From positions 15,729 through 79,728 of the forward strand of contig JBBQRO010000001.1 in NCBI GenBank assembly GCA_038214685.1: a stretch of 64,000 bases of DNA, given 5' to 3'. Of the stretch, positions 9,822-18,073 are shown one piece after another. The position numbers and the translations under genes were made by a program. The stretch's first letter is position 1. The number at the start of each line of letters is the position of its first letter. The DNA is from Acidimicrobiales bacterium. Its GTDB lineage: Bacteria; Actinomycetota; Acidimicrobiia; Acidimicrobiales; AC-14. The notes below the pieces were generated by a model, which had not been told where the DNA came from, made no database searches, and saw only the letters and a program-made list of their open reading frames with translations.

Positions 9822-12032
9822 GTGCCCACCGCCGATCGCGTGTTGCCGTGGCGGCGCTCGTCCCAAACCGTCCCCGACGACGTCCGCGAGCTGGTCAACC
9901 TCTACCGGTCCAAGCACCCCAAGGCCGACACCTCCCTGCTGACCCGGGCCTACGCGGCGGCCGCCGAAGCCCACGATGGTCAGGTCCGTCGCTCGGGGGA
10001 CCCCTACATCGTCCATCCGCTGGCCGTGGCCACCATCCTGGCCGAGCTCGGCCTTGACGACGTCACCCTGGCCGCCGCCCTGCTGCACGACGCCGTGGAG
10101 GACACGGCCATATCCCTCGACGACGTCACCCGCGACTTCGGGCCCCAGGTGGCGGCCATGGTCGACGGCGTCACCAAGCTCGACCGGGTGCGCTTCGACT
10201 CCAGGGAGGCCCAGCAGGCGGCCACCATGCGCAAGATGCTCGTGGCCATGGCCAAGGACATCCGGGTCCTGCTCATCAAGCTGGCCGACCGACTCCACAA
10301 CATGCGCACCATCGCTGCCCTGCCCCGGGACAAGCAGGAGCGCATCGCCCAGGAGACCATCGACGTGTATGCGCCGCTGGCCCACCGGCTGTGCATCGGC
10401 GGCATCAAGTGGCAGCTCGAGGATCTCTCCTTCGCCACCCTCTACCCCAAGCGTTACGCCGAGATCGAGCAGATGGTGTCGAGCCGCGCCCCCGAGCGCG
10501 ACATCTACCTGTCGCAGGTCGTCGACATGGTGCGGGCCCGGCTGGCCGAGGTAAAGGTGGACGGCGACGTGATCGGCCGCCCAAAGCACTACTGGAGCAT
10601 CTACGAGAAGATGGTGGTGAAGCAGCGGGAGTTCGACGAGATCTATGACCTCGTCGGCCTGCGGGTGTTGGTCAGCAGCGAGAAGGACTGCTACGCGGCA
10701 CTGGGCACCATCCACGCCACGTGGAAGCCGGTGCAGGGGCGGTTCAAGGACTACATCGCCATGCCCAAGTTCAACCTCTACCAGTCGCTGCACACCACCG
10801 TCGTGGGGCCCCAGGGCAAGCCCATCGAGGTCCAGATCCGCACCGTCGAGATGCACCAGCGGGCGGAGTACGGCATCGCCGCGCACTGGAACTACAAGGA
10901 ATCGGGGCCCCTGGCCGACGTCGGGTGGCTGCACCGCATCGTCGACTGGCAGTCCGAGACCGACGATCCGGCCGAGTTCATGGAGTCGCTCAAGCTCGAC
11001 CTCGACCAGGACGAGGTGTTCGTCTTCACCCCCAAGGGCGACGTGGTCACCATGGCCCTGGGCGCCACGCCCATCGACTTCGCCTACGCCATCCACACCG
11101 ACGTGGGTCACCGGTGCATCGGCTCCCGCCTGAACGGCCGATTGGTTCCCCTCGACACCACGCTGAAGTCGGGCGACCGCGTCGAGGTCATCACCTCCAA
11201 GGTCGAAGGAGCCGGGCCGTCGCGCGACTGGCTGCAGGTGGCCGTCACCCCGCGGGCCCGCAACAAGATCCGCCACTGGTTCAGCCGCAGCCGGCGCGAG
11301 GAGGCGGTGGAGAGCGGGCGCGAGGAGCTGGTGAAGTTCATGCGTCGCGAGGGTCTGCCCGTGCAGAAGCTGGCCAACTCCCCAGTGCTGGCCAAGGTGG
11401 CTGTCGACCTCAACTACGCCGATCTCGACGCCCTTCACCAGGCCATCGGCGAGAACCACGTGTCGGCCCAGTCCGTGGCCCAGCGCCTGGCGCGCGAGCT
11501 ACGGGGCGGCGAGAACGAGGAGCAGCTGCCCTCCACCGTCCGCCGCCCGGCCCGCTCACGGGTCCAGGGCTCGGGGGGCGTGCACGTCGAGGGTCTCGAC
11601 GACGTCATGGTCCGTCTTGCCCTGTGCTGCACGCCCGTGCCGGGGGACGAGATCATCGGGTTCGTCACCACGGGGCGGGGCGTGTCGGTCCACCGGGCCG
11701 ACTGTTCCAACGCCGTCACGCTCACCACCAGCATGGGCGAGCGCCAGATCGAGGTGGAGTGGGACGGAGCCCGGGCCGGCGTGTTCGTGGCCTCTATCGA
11801 GGTCCAGGCCCTCGACCGGGCCCGCCTCCTGGGCGACGTCTCCACCGCCCTGGCCGACCACCACGTGAACATCGTGGCGTCGTCCACCCACACCGGCTCC
11901 GACCGGGTCGCCCGGTTGCGCTTCGACTTCGAGCTGGCCGACCCTTCGCACCTCGATGCGGTGTTGCGATCCGTGAAGCGGGTCGAGGCGGTGTTCGACG
12001 CCTACCGGGTTCTGCCCGGCACCCGCCGCTGA
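9822..12032 (+). CDS. relA: bifunctional (p)ppGpp synthetase/guanosine-3',5'-bis(diphosphate) 3'-pyrophosphohydrolase (RelA/SpoT homolog)
   Basis: The HD domain (HPLAVATILAELGLD…LLHDAVEDT), the synthetase motif (YQSLHTTVVGPQGKPIEVQIRT), and TGS and ACT regions are all present. Confidence 0.95.
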   Translation: MPTADRVLPWRRSSQTVPDDVRELVNLYRSKHPKADTSLLTRAYAAAAEAHDGQVRRSGDPYIVHPLAVATILAELGLDDVTLAAALLHDAVEDTAISLDDVTRDFGPQVAAMVDGVTKLDRVRFDSREAQQAATMRKMLVAMAKDIRVLLIKLADRLHNMRTIAALPRDKQERIAQETIDVYAPLAHRLCIGGIKWQLEDLSFATLYPKRYAEIEQMVSSRAPERDIYLSQVVDMVRARLAEVKVDGDVIGRPKHYWSIYEKMVVKQREFDEIYDLVGLRVLVSSEKDCYAALGTIHATWKPVQGRFKDYIAMPKFNLYQSLHTTVVGPQGKPIEVQIRTVEMHQRAEYGIAAHWNYKESGPLADVGWLHRIVDWQSETDDPAEFMESLKLDLDQDEVFVFTPKGDVVTMALGATPIDFAYAIHTDVGHRCIGSRLNGRLVPLDTTLKSGDRVEVITSKVEGAGPSRDWLQVAVTPRARNKIRHWFSRSRREEAVESGREELVKFMRREGLPVQKLANSPVLAKVAVDLNYADLDALHQAIGENHVSAQSVAQRLARELRGGENEEQLPSTVRRPARSRVQGSGGVHVEGLDDVMVRLALCCTPVPGDEIIGFVTTGRGVSVHRADCSNAVTLTTSMGERQIEVEWDGARAGVFVASIEVQALDRARLLGDVSTALADHHVNIVASSTHTGSDRVARLRFDFELADPSHLDAVLRSVKRVEAVFDAYRVLPGTRR

Positions 12033-12119
12033 ACCGGTAGAGCGATCGACCGCTGACGGCCCAGGTCATATGGGTGAAACACCGACGGGGCGCCCAGGCG
12101 CACCCGGTAGCGTGCTTCT

Positions 12120-13364
12120 GTGACCGAATTCCGTGCCCCCGTGGGCACCCGCGACGTGCTGCCGCCGGAATCGGCTCGCTGGGAACGGCTGGTCGCCTTG
12201 TTCGCCGGCCACGTCGGGCGGGCCGGGTACGGGCTGGTGCTCAGCCCCATGTTCGAGGATGTCGGGGTCTTCGAGCGGGTCGGCGAGGGGACCGACGTGG
12301 TCCGCAAGGAGATGTACGACTTCGAGGACAAGGGCGGCCGGCGGGTGGCGCTACGCCCCGAGGGGACGGCATCGGTGGTCCGGGCGTACGTCCAGCACCG
12401 GCCGACCGCGCCGTTCAAGGCCTGGTACGTCGGCCCGAACTTCCGCTACGAGCGGCCCCAGGCGGGGCGGTTCCGCCAGCATCACCAGCTGGGTGTCGAA
12501 GCGCTGGGCACCGACGACGCCGACCTCGACGTCGAGGTCGTGGCTCTGGCCTGGTCGGTGTGCGCCGCCGTCGGCCTCGGCCGGGTGACGTTGCTGCTCA
12601 ACTCGCTGGGTGACGACGTCTGCCGGCCGGCATATCTCGACCTGCTGCGCGCTTTCCTGGGCGCCGCCGTCCTGTGCGACGAGCACTCGGCCGGATTCGA
12701 GAGGAACCCGCTGCGGGTGCTGGACTGCAAGCGCGATGCGTGCCGCACGGCCACCGAGGCGGCGCCCCGCCTGGTCGACCACCTGTGCGAGCCGTGCGCC
12801 GCCCACTTCACCCGGGTGCGGGCCGGCCTCGACAGCCTGGGCGTGGCGTACACCTTGCAACCCCGCCTGGTGCGGGGACTCGACTACTACACCCGGACCA
12901 CCTTCGAGCTGGCCGCCGACTCGCTCGATTCGGCTCAGAACGCGGTGGGCGGCGGCGGGCGGTACGACAAGCTGGCCGAGGCGCTCGGCGGCCCGGCCAC
13001 GCCGGGGATCGGATTCGGCCTGGGGATCGAGCGGCTGATGCTGGCGGCCGACGCCGAGGGCGTATTCGGTATCCCGGCGTCGGCCCTCGACGTCTGGGTG
13101 GTCGACACCACGGGCGGTGCCGCTGCGCTTGCACTGACCCACGAGCTGCGGGTGGCAGGCATCTCGGCCGACCGGTCGTTCGACGGGCGGTCTATGAAGT
13201 CCCAGTTCAAGTCGGCCGACCGGTCCGGGGCCCGTCTCGCCCTCGTCGTCGGCGACAACGAGCTGGCGGCGGCCACAGTGACCTTGCGGGACCTCCGCGG
13301 AGGAGAACAGGAGACGGTCGACCGGGCCGACATCCTCAAGCACGTGCAGGAGCGACTTTCATGA
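12120..13364 (+). CDS. hisS: histidine--tRNA ligase
   Basis: Class II motifs FRYERPQAGRFRQHHQLGVE and GGGGRYDKL are present. It starts with GTG. Confidence 0.95.
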   Translation: MTEFRAPVGTRDVLPPESARWERLVALFAGHVGRAGYGLVLSPMFEDVGVFERVGEGTDVVRKEMYDFEDKGGRRVALRPEGTASVVRAYVQHRPTAPFKAWYVGPNFRYERPQAGRFRQHHQLGVEALGTDDADLDVEVVALAWSVCAAVGLGRVTLLLNSLGDDVCRPAYLDLLRAFLGAAVLCDEHSAGFERNPLRVLDCKRDACRTATEAAPRLVDHLCEPCAAHFTRVRAGLDSLGVAYTLQPRLVRGLDYYTRTTFELAADSLDSAQNAVGGGGRYDKLAEALGGPATPGIGFGLGIERLMLAADAEGVFGIPASALDVWVVDTTGGAAALALTHELRVAGISADRSFDGRSMKSQFKSADRSGARLALVVGDNELAAATVTLRDLRGGEQETVDRADILKHVQERLS

Positions 13365-15079
13365 TGCGGACCCACATGTGCGGCGAGCTCCGCCCCACCC
13401 ACGTCGGCCAGGCGGTCAGCGTGTGTGGCTGGGTGGCCAGCCGGCGCGAGCACGGCCAGAGCCTGGCCTTCGTCGACGTGCGTGACCACACGGGGATCGT
13501 GCAGTGCGTGGTCGACGGTGCCGCCGACCTGCGCTCGGAGTTCGTCGTGCGGGTCACGGGCATGGTGCGGGCCCGCCCCGAGGGCACGGCCAACCCCAAC
13601 CTGCCCACCGGCGACGTCGAGGTGGGCGACTGCTCCGTCGAGATCGTCTCCCAGGCCGAACCGCCGCCGTTCCCGGTGGCCGACCGCGTCGACGCGGAGG
13701 AGAACCTGCGGCTGCGCCACCGGTACGTCGACCTCCGCCGGCCCACGATGCAGCGCAACCTGCGCCTGCGGGCCGCGGTCAGCAGCGCCATTCGCCGATC
13801 GATGGAGGACCAGGGCTTCGTTGAGGTGGAGACACCGACCCTGATCGCCTCCACGCCCGAGGGGGCGCGTGACTTCGTCGTCCCCTCCCGCCTGCAGCCG
13901 GGATCCTTCTACGCCCTGCCCCAGAGCCCCCAGCTGTTCAAGCAGCTGCTCATGGTCGGTGGCGTCGACAAGTACTTCCAGCTGGCCCGGTGCCTGCGCG
14001 ACGAGGACCTGCGGGCCGACCGCCAGTTCGAGTTCACCCAGCTCGACGCCGAGATGTCCTTTGCCGACCAGGACGACGTCATCGCCGTCATCTCCCAGAC
14101 CATCGCCGCCGGCATCGCCGCCGCCGGCCGGGAGGTCTCCGCCGAGATCCCCCGCATGACCTGGCGCGAGGCCCAGGACCGGTTCGGCTCCGACAAGCCC
14201 GATGTGCGTTTCGGGATGGAGCTGGTCGAGCTCACGGAGGCGGTGGCGGGCACCGGCTTCCGGGCGTTGCAGGCGCCCTGCGTCAAGGGCATCCGCGTGC
14301 CGGCTGAGGCCGGCATGGGGCGGGCGCGAATCGACCGGTTGACCGACCAGGCCAAGGCCGCCGGCGCCGGCGGGCTGGTGTGGCTGAAAATGGAGGGTGA
14401 GACGCTGGCATCGCCCATCCTCAAGTTCCTGTCCGAAGCCGAGCAGTCCGGCCTGCCCAAGGCCCTCGGTGCCGAGCCCGACGACCTGCTGCTGATCGTG
14501 GCGGGGGAGCGGCCGGTCGTCGACCGGGTGCTGGGCCAGCTCCGGTTGGAACTGGGGCGCCCGCCGGTGACCGAGGGCGGGTTGAACCTGCTGTGGGTCA
14601 CCGACTTCCCCCTCTTCGAGGGCCTCGACGGCGACGGCCGGCCCATCCCGGCCCATCACCCGTTCACCATGCCCCACCCCGACGACCTCGACGCCCTCGA
14701 CACCGAGCCGCTCGCCGTCCGCTCCCAGGCCTACGACCTGGTGCTCAACGGCTGGGAGCTGGGCTCCGGCTCGGTGCGTATCCACCGCCCCGAGATCCAG
14801 CAGCGGATCTTCTCCTTCCTGGGCATCGAGCCCGAGCAGGCCCAGGCCCGCTTCGGCTTCCTCCTCGACGCCTTTCGCCACGGCGCCCCGCCCCACGCCG
14901 GCTTCGCCTTCGGCATCGACCGCCTCGTCGCCCTCCTCGCCGGCGAGGAGAACATCCGCGAGGTCATCGCCTTCCCCAAGACCCAGTCCGGTGTCGACCC
15001 CCTCACCGGCGCCCCGGGCCCGATCGACCCCCGCCAACTCACCGAACTGGGCCTCCGCACCCTCCCCAAACCGACCTGA
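13361..15079 (+). CDS. aspS: aspartate--tRNA ligase (possibly non-discriminating)
   Basis: The start MMRTHMCGELR overlaps the hisS stop (ATGA). Motifs FYALPQSPQLFKQLLMV, RDEDLRADRQFEFTQLD and GFAFGIDRLV are present. The longer ORF-track start at 12674 is rejected. Confidence 0.95.
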   Translation: MMRTHMCGELRPTHVGQAVSVCGWVASRREHGQSLAFVDVRDHTGIVQCVVDGAADLRSEFVVRVTGMVRARPEGTANPNLPTGDVEVGDCSVEIVSQAEPPPFPVADRVDAEENLRLRHRYVDLRRPTMQRNLRLRAAVSSAIRRSMEDQGFVEVETPTLIASTPEGARDFVVPSRLQPGSFYALPQSPQLFKQLLMVGGVDKYFQLARCLRDEDLRADRQFEFTQLDAEMSFADQDDVIAVISQTIAAGIAAAGREVSAEIPRMTWREAQDRFGSDKPDVRFGMELVELTEAVAGTGFRALQAPCVKGIRVPAEAGMGRARIDRLTDQAKAAGAGGLVWLKMEGETLASPILKFLSEAEQSGLPKALGAEPDDLLLIVAGERPVVDRVLGQLRLELGRPPVTEGGLNLLWVTDFPLFEGLDGDGRPIPAHHPFTMPHPDDLDALDTEPLAVRSQAYDLVLNGWELGSGSVRIHRPEIQQRIFSFLGIEPEQAQARFGFLLDAFRHGAPPHAGFAFGIDRLVALLAGEENIREVIAFPKTQSGVDPLTGAPGPIDPRQLTELGLRTLPKPT

Positions 15080-15086
15080 CCGGGGC

Positions 15087-15134
15087 GAGTGTGGGCGATT
15101 CGCGGTGACATTCGACACCGAATCGCCCACTCTC
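15087..15134 (-). repeat. Family-2 palindromic element, copy A (inverted orientation relative to copies B-D)
   Basis: The sequence is GAGTGTGGGCGATTCG-N16-CGAATCGCCCACTCTC. Its reverse complement carries the asymmetric centre GTGTCG found in copies B and D, with C differing by one base (GTGCCG). Confidence 0.85.
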
Positions 15135-15166
15135 ACGTTGTCTCATCCCTGCGCCATGCTGGTTCA

Positions 15167-16040
15167 ATGGACGTCCGCCACCGCCTCAGCACGATCGCCG
15201 CCTCCCAACACGGCCTCATCACCCTCGGGCAAGCCCTGCACGCCGGTCTCGGCGTCGGTCAGATCCGCCACAAGGCCCGGTCGGGGGAGTGGGTCGTCGT
15301 GCGGCCGCGTGTCTACGCCGTCGCCGGCGCCCCGCCGACGTGGGTCCAGGCGATGGCCGCCACGACCCTGAGCCTCCAGCCGCACGCCTGGCTCTCGCAC
15401 GACTCGGCCGGGGGGGTGTTGAGGGCATGACTGGCTGATCATCACGGCCGGGTGAAGCTGGCCGGCGTGCGTAGTCACCGGTCCGGGGCCTTGTTCAGCG
15501 CCGACCTGACCAGCCATCTGCAGATTCCCGTGACGAGCCCAGAACGCACGCTGGTCGACCTTTCGGCGACCCTGCCGCCGACGGCCCTCGGCCGTCTGCT
15601 CGACGACGGGCTCCGGCGCCGGCTCGTGCGCTTGGAGCGGCTCCGCTCCTGCGTCGGTCGCCTTGGCAAGGCACCTGGCCGCCGGCCGGCCGTGATCCAG
15701 GACCTCCTGGTGGCCCGGCTCCCCGGCTACGACCCGGGCGACAGCGACCTGGAGACACGGGTGCTGCGGGCCCTGGTGGCCGCCGGCCTGCCGGTCCTCG
15801 TCCAGCAGTACCGGGTACGGATAGGGAGCCGCACGTACAAGCTGGATCTGGCCGACCCCCCGTCAAAGCTGGCCGTCGAGCTCGACGGGTGGGAGTTCCA
15901 CCACACCCGTTCGGCTTTCGACGACGATCGGGCCCGAGCCAACGCCCTCGTCGCCCATGGGTGGACCCTGCTCCGGTTCACCTCCCGGTCCACCGACGAG
16001 GAGATCGTGACCTGCGTATCCGCGTCGCTGCGCCAGTGTG
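15167..16040 (+). pseudogene. DUF559 (Vsr-like endonuclease fold) protein with AbiEi-like N-terminal domain, disrupted
   Basis: The N-terminal part (MDVRHRLSTIAASQHGLITLGQA…) and the C-terminal part (…LAVELDGWEFHHTRSAFDDDRARANALVAHGWTLLRFT) are in the same frame. They are separated by an in-frame TGA at 15428-15430. There is no stop at the expected C-terminus; the frame runs on to 16657, across rarA. Confidence 0.65.
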
Positions 16041-16080
16041 GGCGATTCGGTGTCGCAAGCACTGCGGATCGCCCACACTC
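16035..16080 (+). repeat. Family-2 palindromic element, copy B
   Basis: The sequence is AGTGTGGGCGATTCGGTGTCG…CGGATCGCCCACACTC. It overlaps the 3' end of the DUF559 reading frame, 20 nt upstream of rarA. Confidence 0.85.
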
Positions 16081-16100
16081 GGGAGGGGTAGCGTCGCCTC

Positions 16101-17417
16101 GTGGCCGAGGATCTGTTCGGGGCCGCTCTGCAGGAGCGGCTGCGCCGGCAGGCACCGCTGGCGGCCCGGATGCGGCCGGTGACGCTCGACGAGGTGGTCG
16201 GTCAGGTGCACCTACTCGGCGCCGGCGGGCCGCTGCGGCGGCTGATCGAGGCCGACCGAATGTCGTCGGTGATCCTGTGGGGACCGCCGGGGACGGGCAA
16301 GACCACCCTGGCCCGGCTCATCGCCGGCGCCACCAGCAGGTCGTTCGAGACGCTCTCGGCGGTGACGGCCGGCGTGAAAGACGTGCGGGAGGTGGTGGAG
16401 CGGGCCCGCCGGCGGCTGGCCGAGCAGGGCGAGGGCACGATCCTGTTCCTCGACGAGATCCACCGGTTCAACAAGTCCCAGCAGGACGCCTTCCTGCCCG
16501 CGGTGGAGGAGGGCCTGCTCGTCCTGATCGGGGCGACCACCGAGAACCCCTACTTCGAGGTCAACGCCCCGCTGCTCTCCCGCTCCAGCCTGTTCCGGCT
16601 CCAGCCCCTGTCGCCCGACGCGGTTCGGGCCCTGCTCGAGCGCGGCCTGGAGCATGAGCAGGCCGAGGCCGACAATGAGGCCCTCGACCATCTCGTCGGC
16701 CGGGCCGACGGAGACGCCCGGGTGGCGCTCAACGCCCTGGAAGTGGCCATAGCCCTGGCCGGCGACGGTGCCAAGGTCACCCTGGCCGACGCCGAAGCCG
16801 CCCTCGACGCCCGGGCCCTCCGCTACGAGCGCGACGAGCACTACGACATCGTGTCCGCCTTCATCAAGAGCATCCGTGGCTCCGACCCCGACGCCGGCCT
16901 GTACTGGTTGGCCCGCATGCTCGAAGCCGGCGAGGACGCCCGGTTCATCGCCCGCCGGATGGTGATCCTGGCGTCGGAGGACGTGGGCATGGCCGACCCC
17001 ATGGCCCTGCTCATCGCCGACGCCGCGGCCCGGGCGGTGGAATTCGTCGGCCTGCCCGAAGCTCAGCTCAACCTGGCCCAGGCGGTGATTCACCTGGCCA
17101 CCGCCCCGAAGTCCAACCGGGTCACCGCCGGCCTCGGCGGGGCGCAAGACGACGTGAAGGACCGCCCGGCCGGCGAGGTTCCCGTGCACCTGCGCAGCGC
17201 CTCGTACTTCGGGGCCAAGAAGCTGGGTCATGGGATCGGCTACGAGTATCCTCATGATGACCCGCGCGGGTGGGTGCCCCAGGAGCATCGCCCCCCTGAG
17301 GTTGCCGGCCGGGTGTACTACCAACCGTCCGATCATGGCTTCGAACGGGAGATTGCCGAGCGCATGCGAGCACGGGACGGACAGGTCCGAGCGGCCGAGA
17401 GCGGGCCAGCACAGTGA
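16101..17417 (+). CDS. rarA: replication-associated recombination protein A (AAA+ ATPase RarA/MgsA)
   Basis: Walker A is [14 protein letters not shown] and Walker B is [15 protein letters not shown]. The C-terminal MgsA domain contains YEYPHDD. Confidence 0.95.
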   Translation: MAEDLFGAALQERLRRQAPLAARMRPVTLDEVVGQVHLLGAGGPLRRLIEADRMSSVILWGPPGTGKTTLARLIAGATSRSFETLSAVTAGVKDVREVVERARRRLAEQGEGTILFLDEIHRFNKSQQDAFLPAVEEGLLVLIGATTENPYFEVNAPLLSRSSLFRLQPLSPDAVRALLERGLEHEQAEADNEALDHLVGRADGDARVALNALEVAIALAGDGAKVTLADAEAALDARALRYERDEHYDIVSAFIKSIRGSDPDAGLYWLARMLEAGEDARFIARRMVILASEDVGMADPMALLIADAAARAVEFVGLPEAQLNLAQAVIHLATAPKSNRVTAGLGGAQDDVKDRPAGEVPVHLRSASYFGAKKLGHGIGYEYPHDDPRGWVPQEHRPPEVAGRVYYQPSDHGFEREIAERMRARDGQVRAAESGPAQ

Positions 17418-17770
17418 ACGCCGGCGAGCTAGCCGCCACCGTGGCCTCGATCGCCTTCGCCATGCTGGTCGTGGGCCTGCTCGTCCTGGTCGGCTCGGCC
17501 ATCCGCACCATGAAGACGGTGCGGGGGGCGGTCGACGACGTGCGGCGCACTGCGGTCCCGCTCATCGCCGACGTCCACGCCGCCGTCCGCCAGGCCAACG
17601 GCGACCTGGTGCAGGTGGAGGCCATCCTGGATCGGACGGAGGCCATCCAGGGCACAGTGGACTCGGCGTCGCGGCTGGCCTACGCCACCTTTGCCACCCC
17701 GGTGATCAAGCTGGCCGCAGTGGCGTCCGGGCTCTCCCGGGCATCCCGCCGGTTGGCCAGGCGGGCCTGA
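17414..17770 (+). CDS. DUF948 domain-containing membrane protein
   Basis: It has an N-terminal TM helix followed by a coiled-coil-like region. The start overlaps rarA in a GTGA junction. The family assignment is from recall. Confidence 0.7.
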   Translation: MNAGELAATVASIAFAMLVVGLLVLVGSAIRTMKTVRGAVDDVRRTAVPLIADVHAAVRQANGDLVQVEAILDRTEAIQGTVDSASRLAYATFATPVIKLAAVASGLSRASRRLARRA

Positions 17771-17776
17771 GCCACC

Positions 17777-18019
17777 GTGTTCAAGCGCATCTTCTGGCTG
17801 GGCACGGGGCTGTCGATCGGGTTCGGCTCGTCGTTCTGGCTCATGCGCACCGTCCGCCGGACGGTCGAGCGGCTGACCCCCCAGCGGCTCACGCAGGACG
17901 TGGTGACCGGGGCCAGGTCGGTCGGCACCGAGGTCAAGGCCGCCCTCGACGAGGGCCGGACAGCCATGCGCCAGCGCGAGGCCGAGCTGCGCACCGAGAT
18001 CGGGCGCCGGACGCGCTGA
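17777..18019 (+). CDS. small membrane-anchored hypothetical protein
   Basis: The 80-aa ORF has an N-terminal hydrophobic segment (IFWLGTGLSIGFGSSFWL) and a charged helical tail. Its composition is coding-like. I recognise no family. Confidence 0.55.
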   Translation: MFKRIFWLGTGLSIGFGSSFWLMRTVRRTVERLTPQRLTQDVVTGARSVGTEVKAALDEGRTAMRQREAELRTEIGRRTR

Positions 18020-18073
18020 GCGCGCCAACCCGCTGAACGCCGCCGGCTCCGGTCGGTAGTCTGACTCCGACGT

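Noticed and set aside
12674-13360. Long N-terminal extensions in the ORF track that overlap the preceding gene. Examples are aspS from 12674, carA from 32186, mltG from 20934, aroQ from 25916, efp from 27818, aroC from 23497, ribD from 46084, fmt from 44975, argC from 60817, argJ from 61794, carB from 34005, mihF from 38943 and pyrR from 29955.
   Set aside because: The extensions are low-complexity, overlap well-supported upstream genes, and lack homology-like sequence. In each case an internal start gives the canonical N-terminus, usually through an NTGA junction. For fmt the proposed start is itself non-canonical (CTG 45266 or ATA 45254).
15428-15430. The in-frame TGA in the DUF559 gene as selenocysteine or programmed read-through.
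   Set aside because: The position is not a redox-type Cys context. I see no SECIS-like hairpin immediately downstream, and the gene also lacks a proper stop. Pseudogenisation is the simpler reading.
15452-16657. A 401-aa ORF reading from the DUF559 C-terminal half through the repeat and 557 nt into rarA.
   Set aside because: Only the first roughly 195 residues resemble DUF559 proteins. The rest is Arg/Ala/Gly-rich read-through out of frame with the strongly supported rarA. I interpret this as loss of the native stop, not a real fusion.
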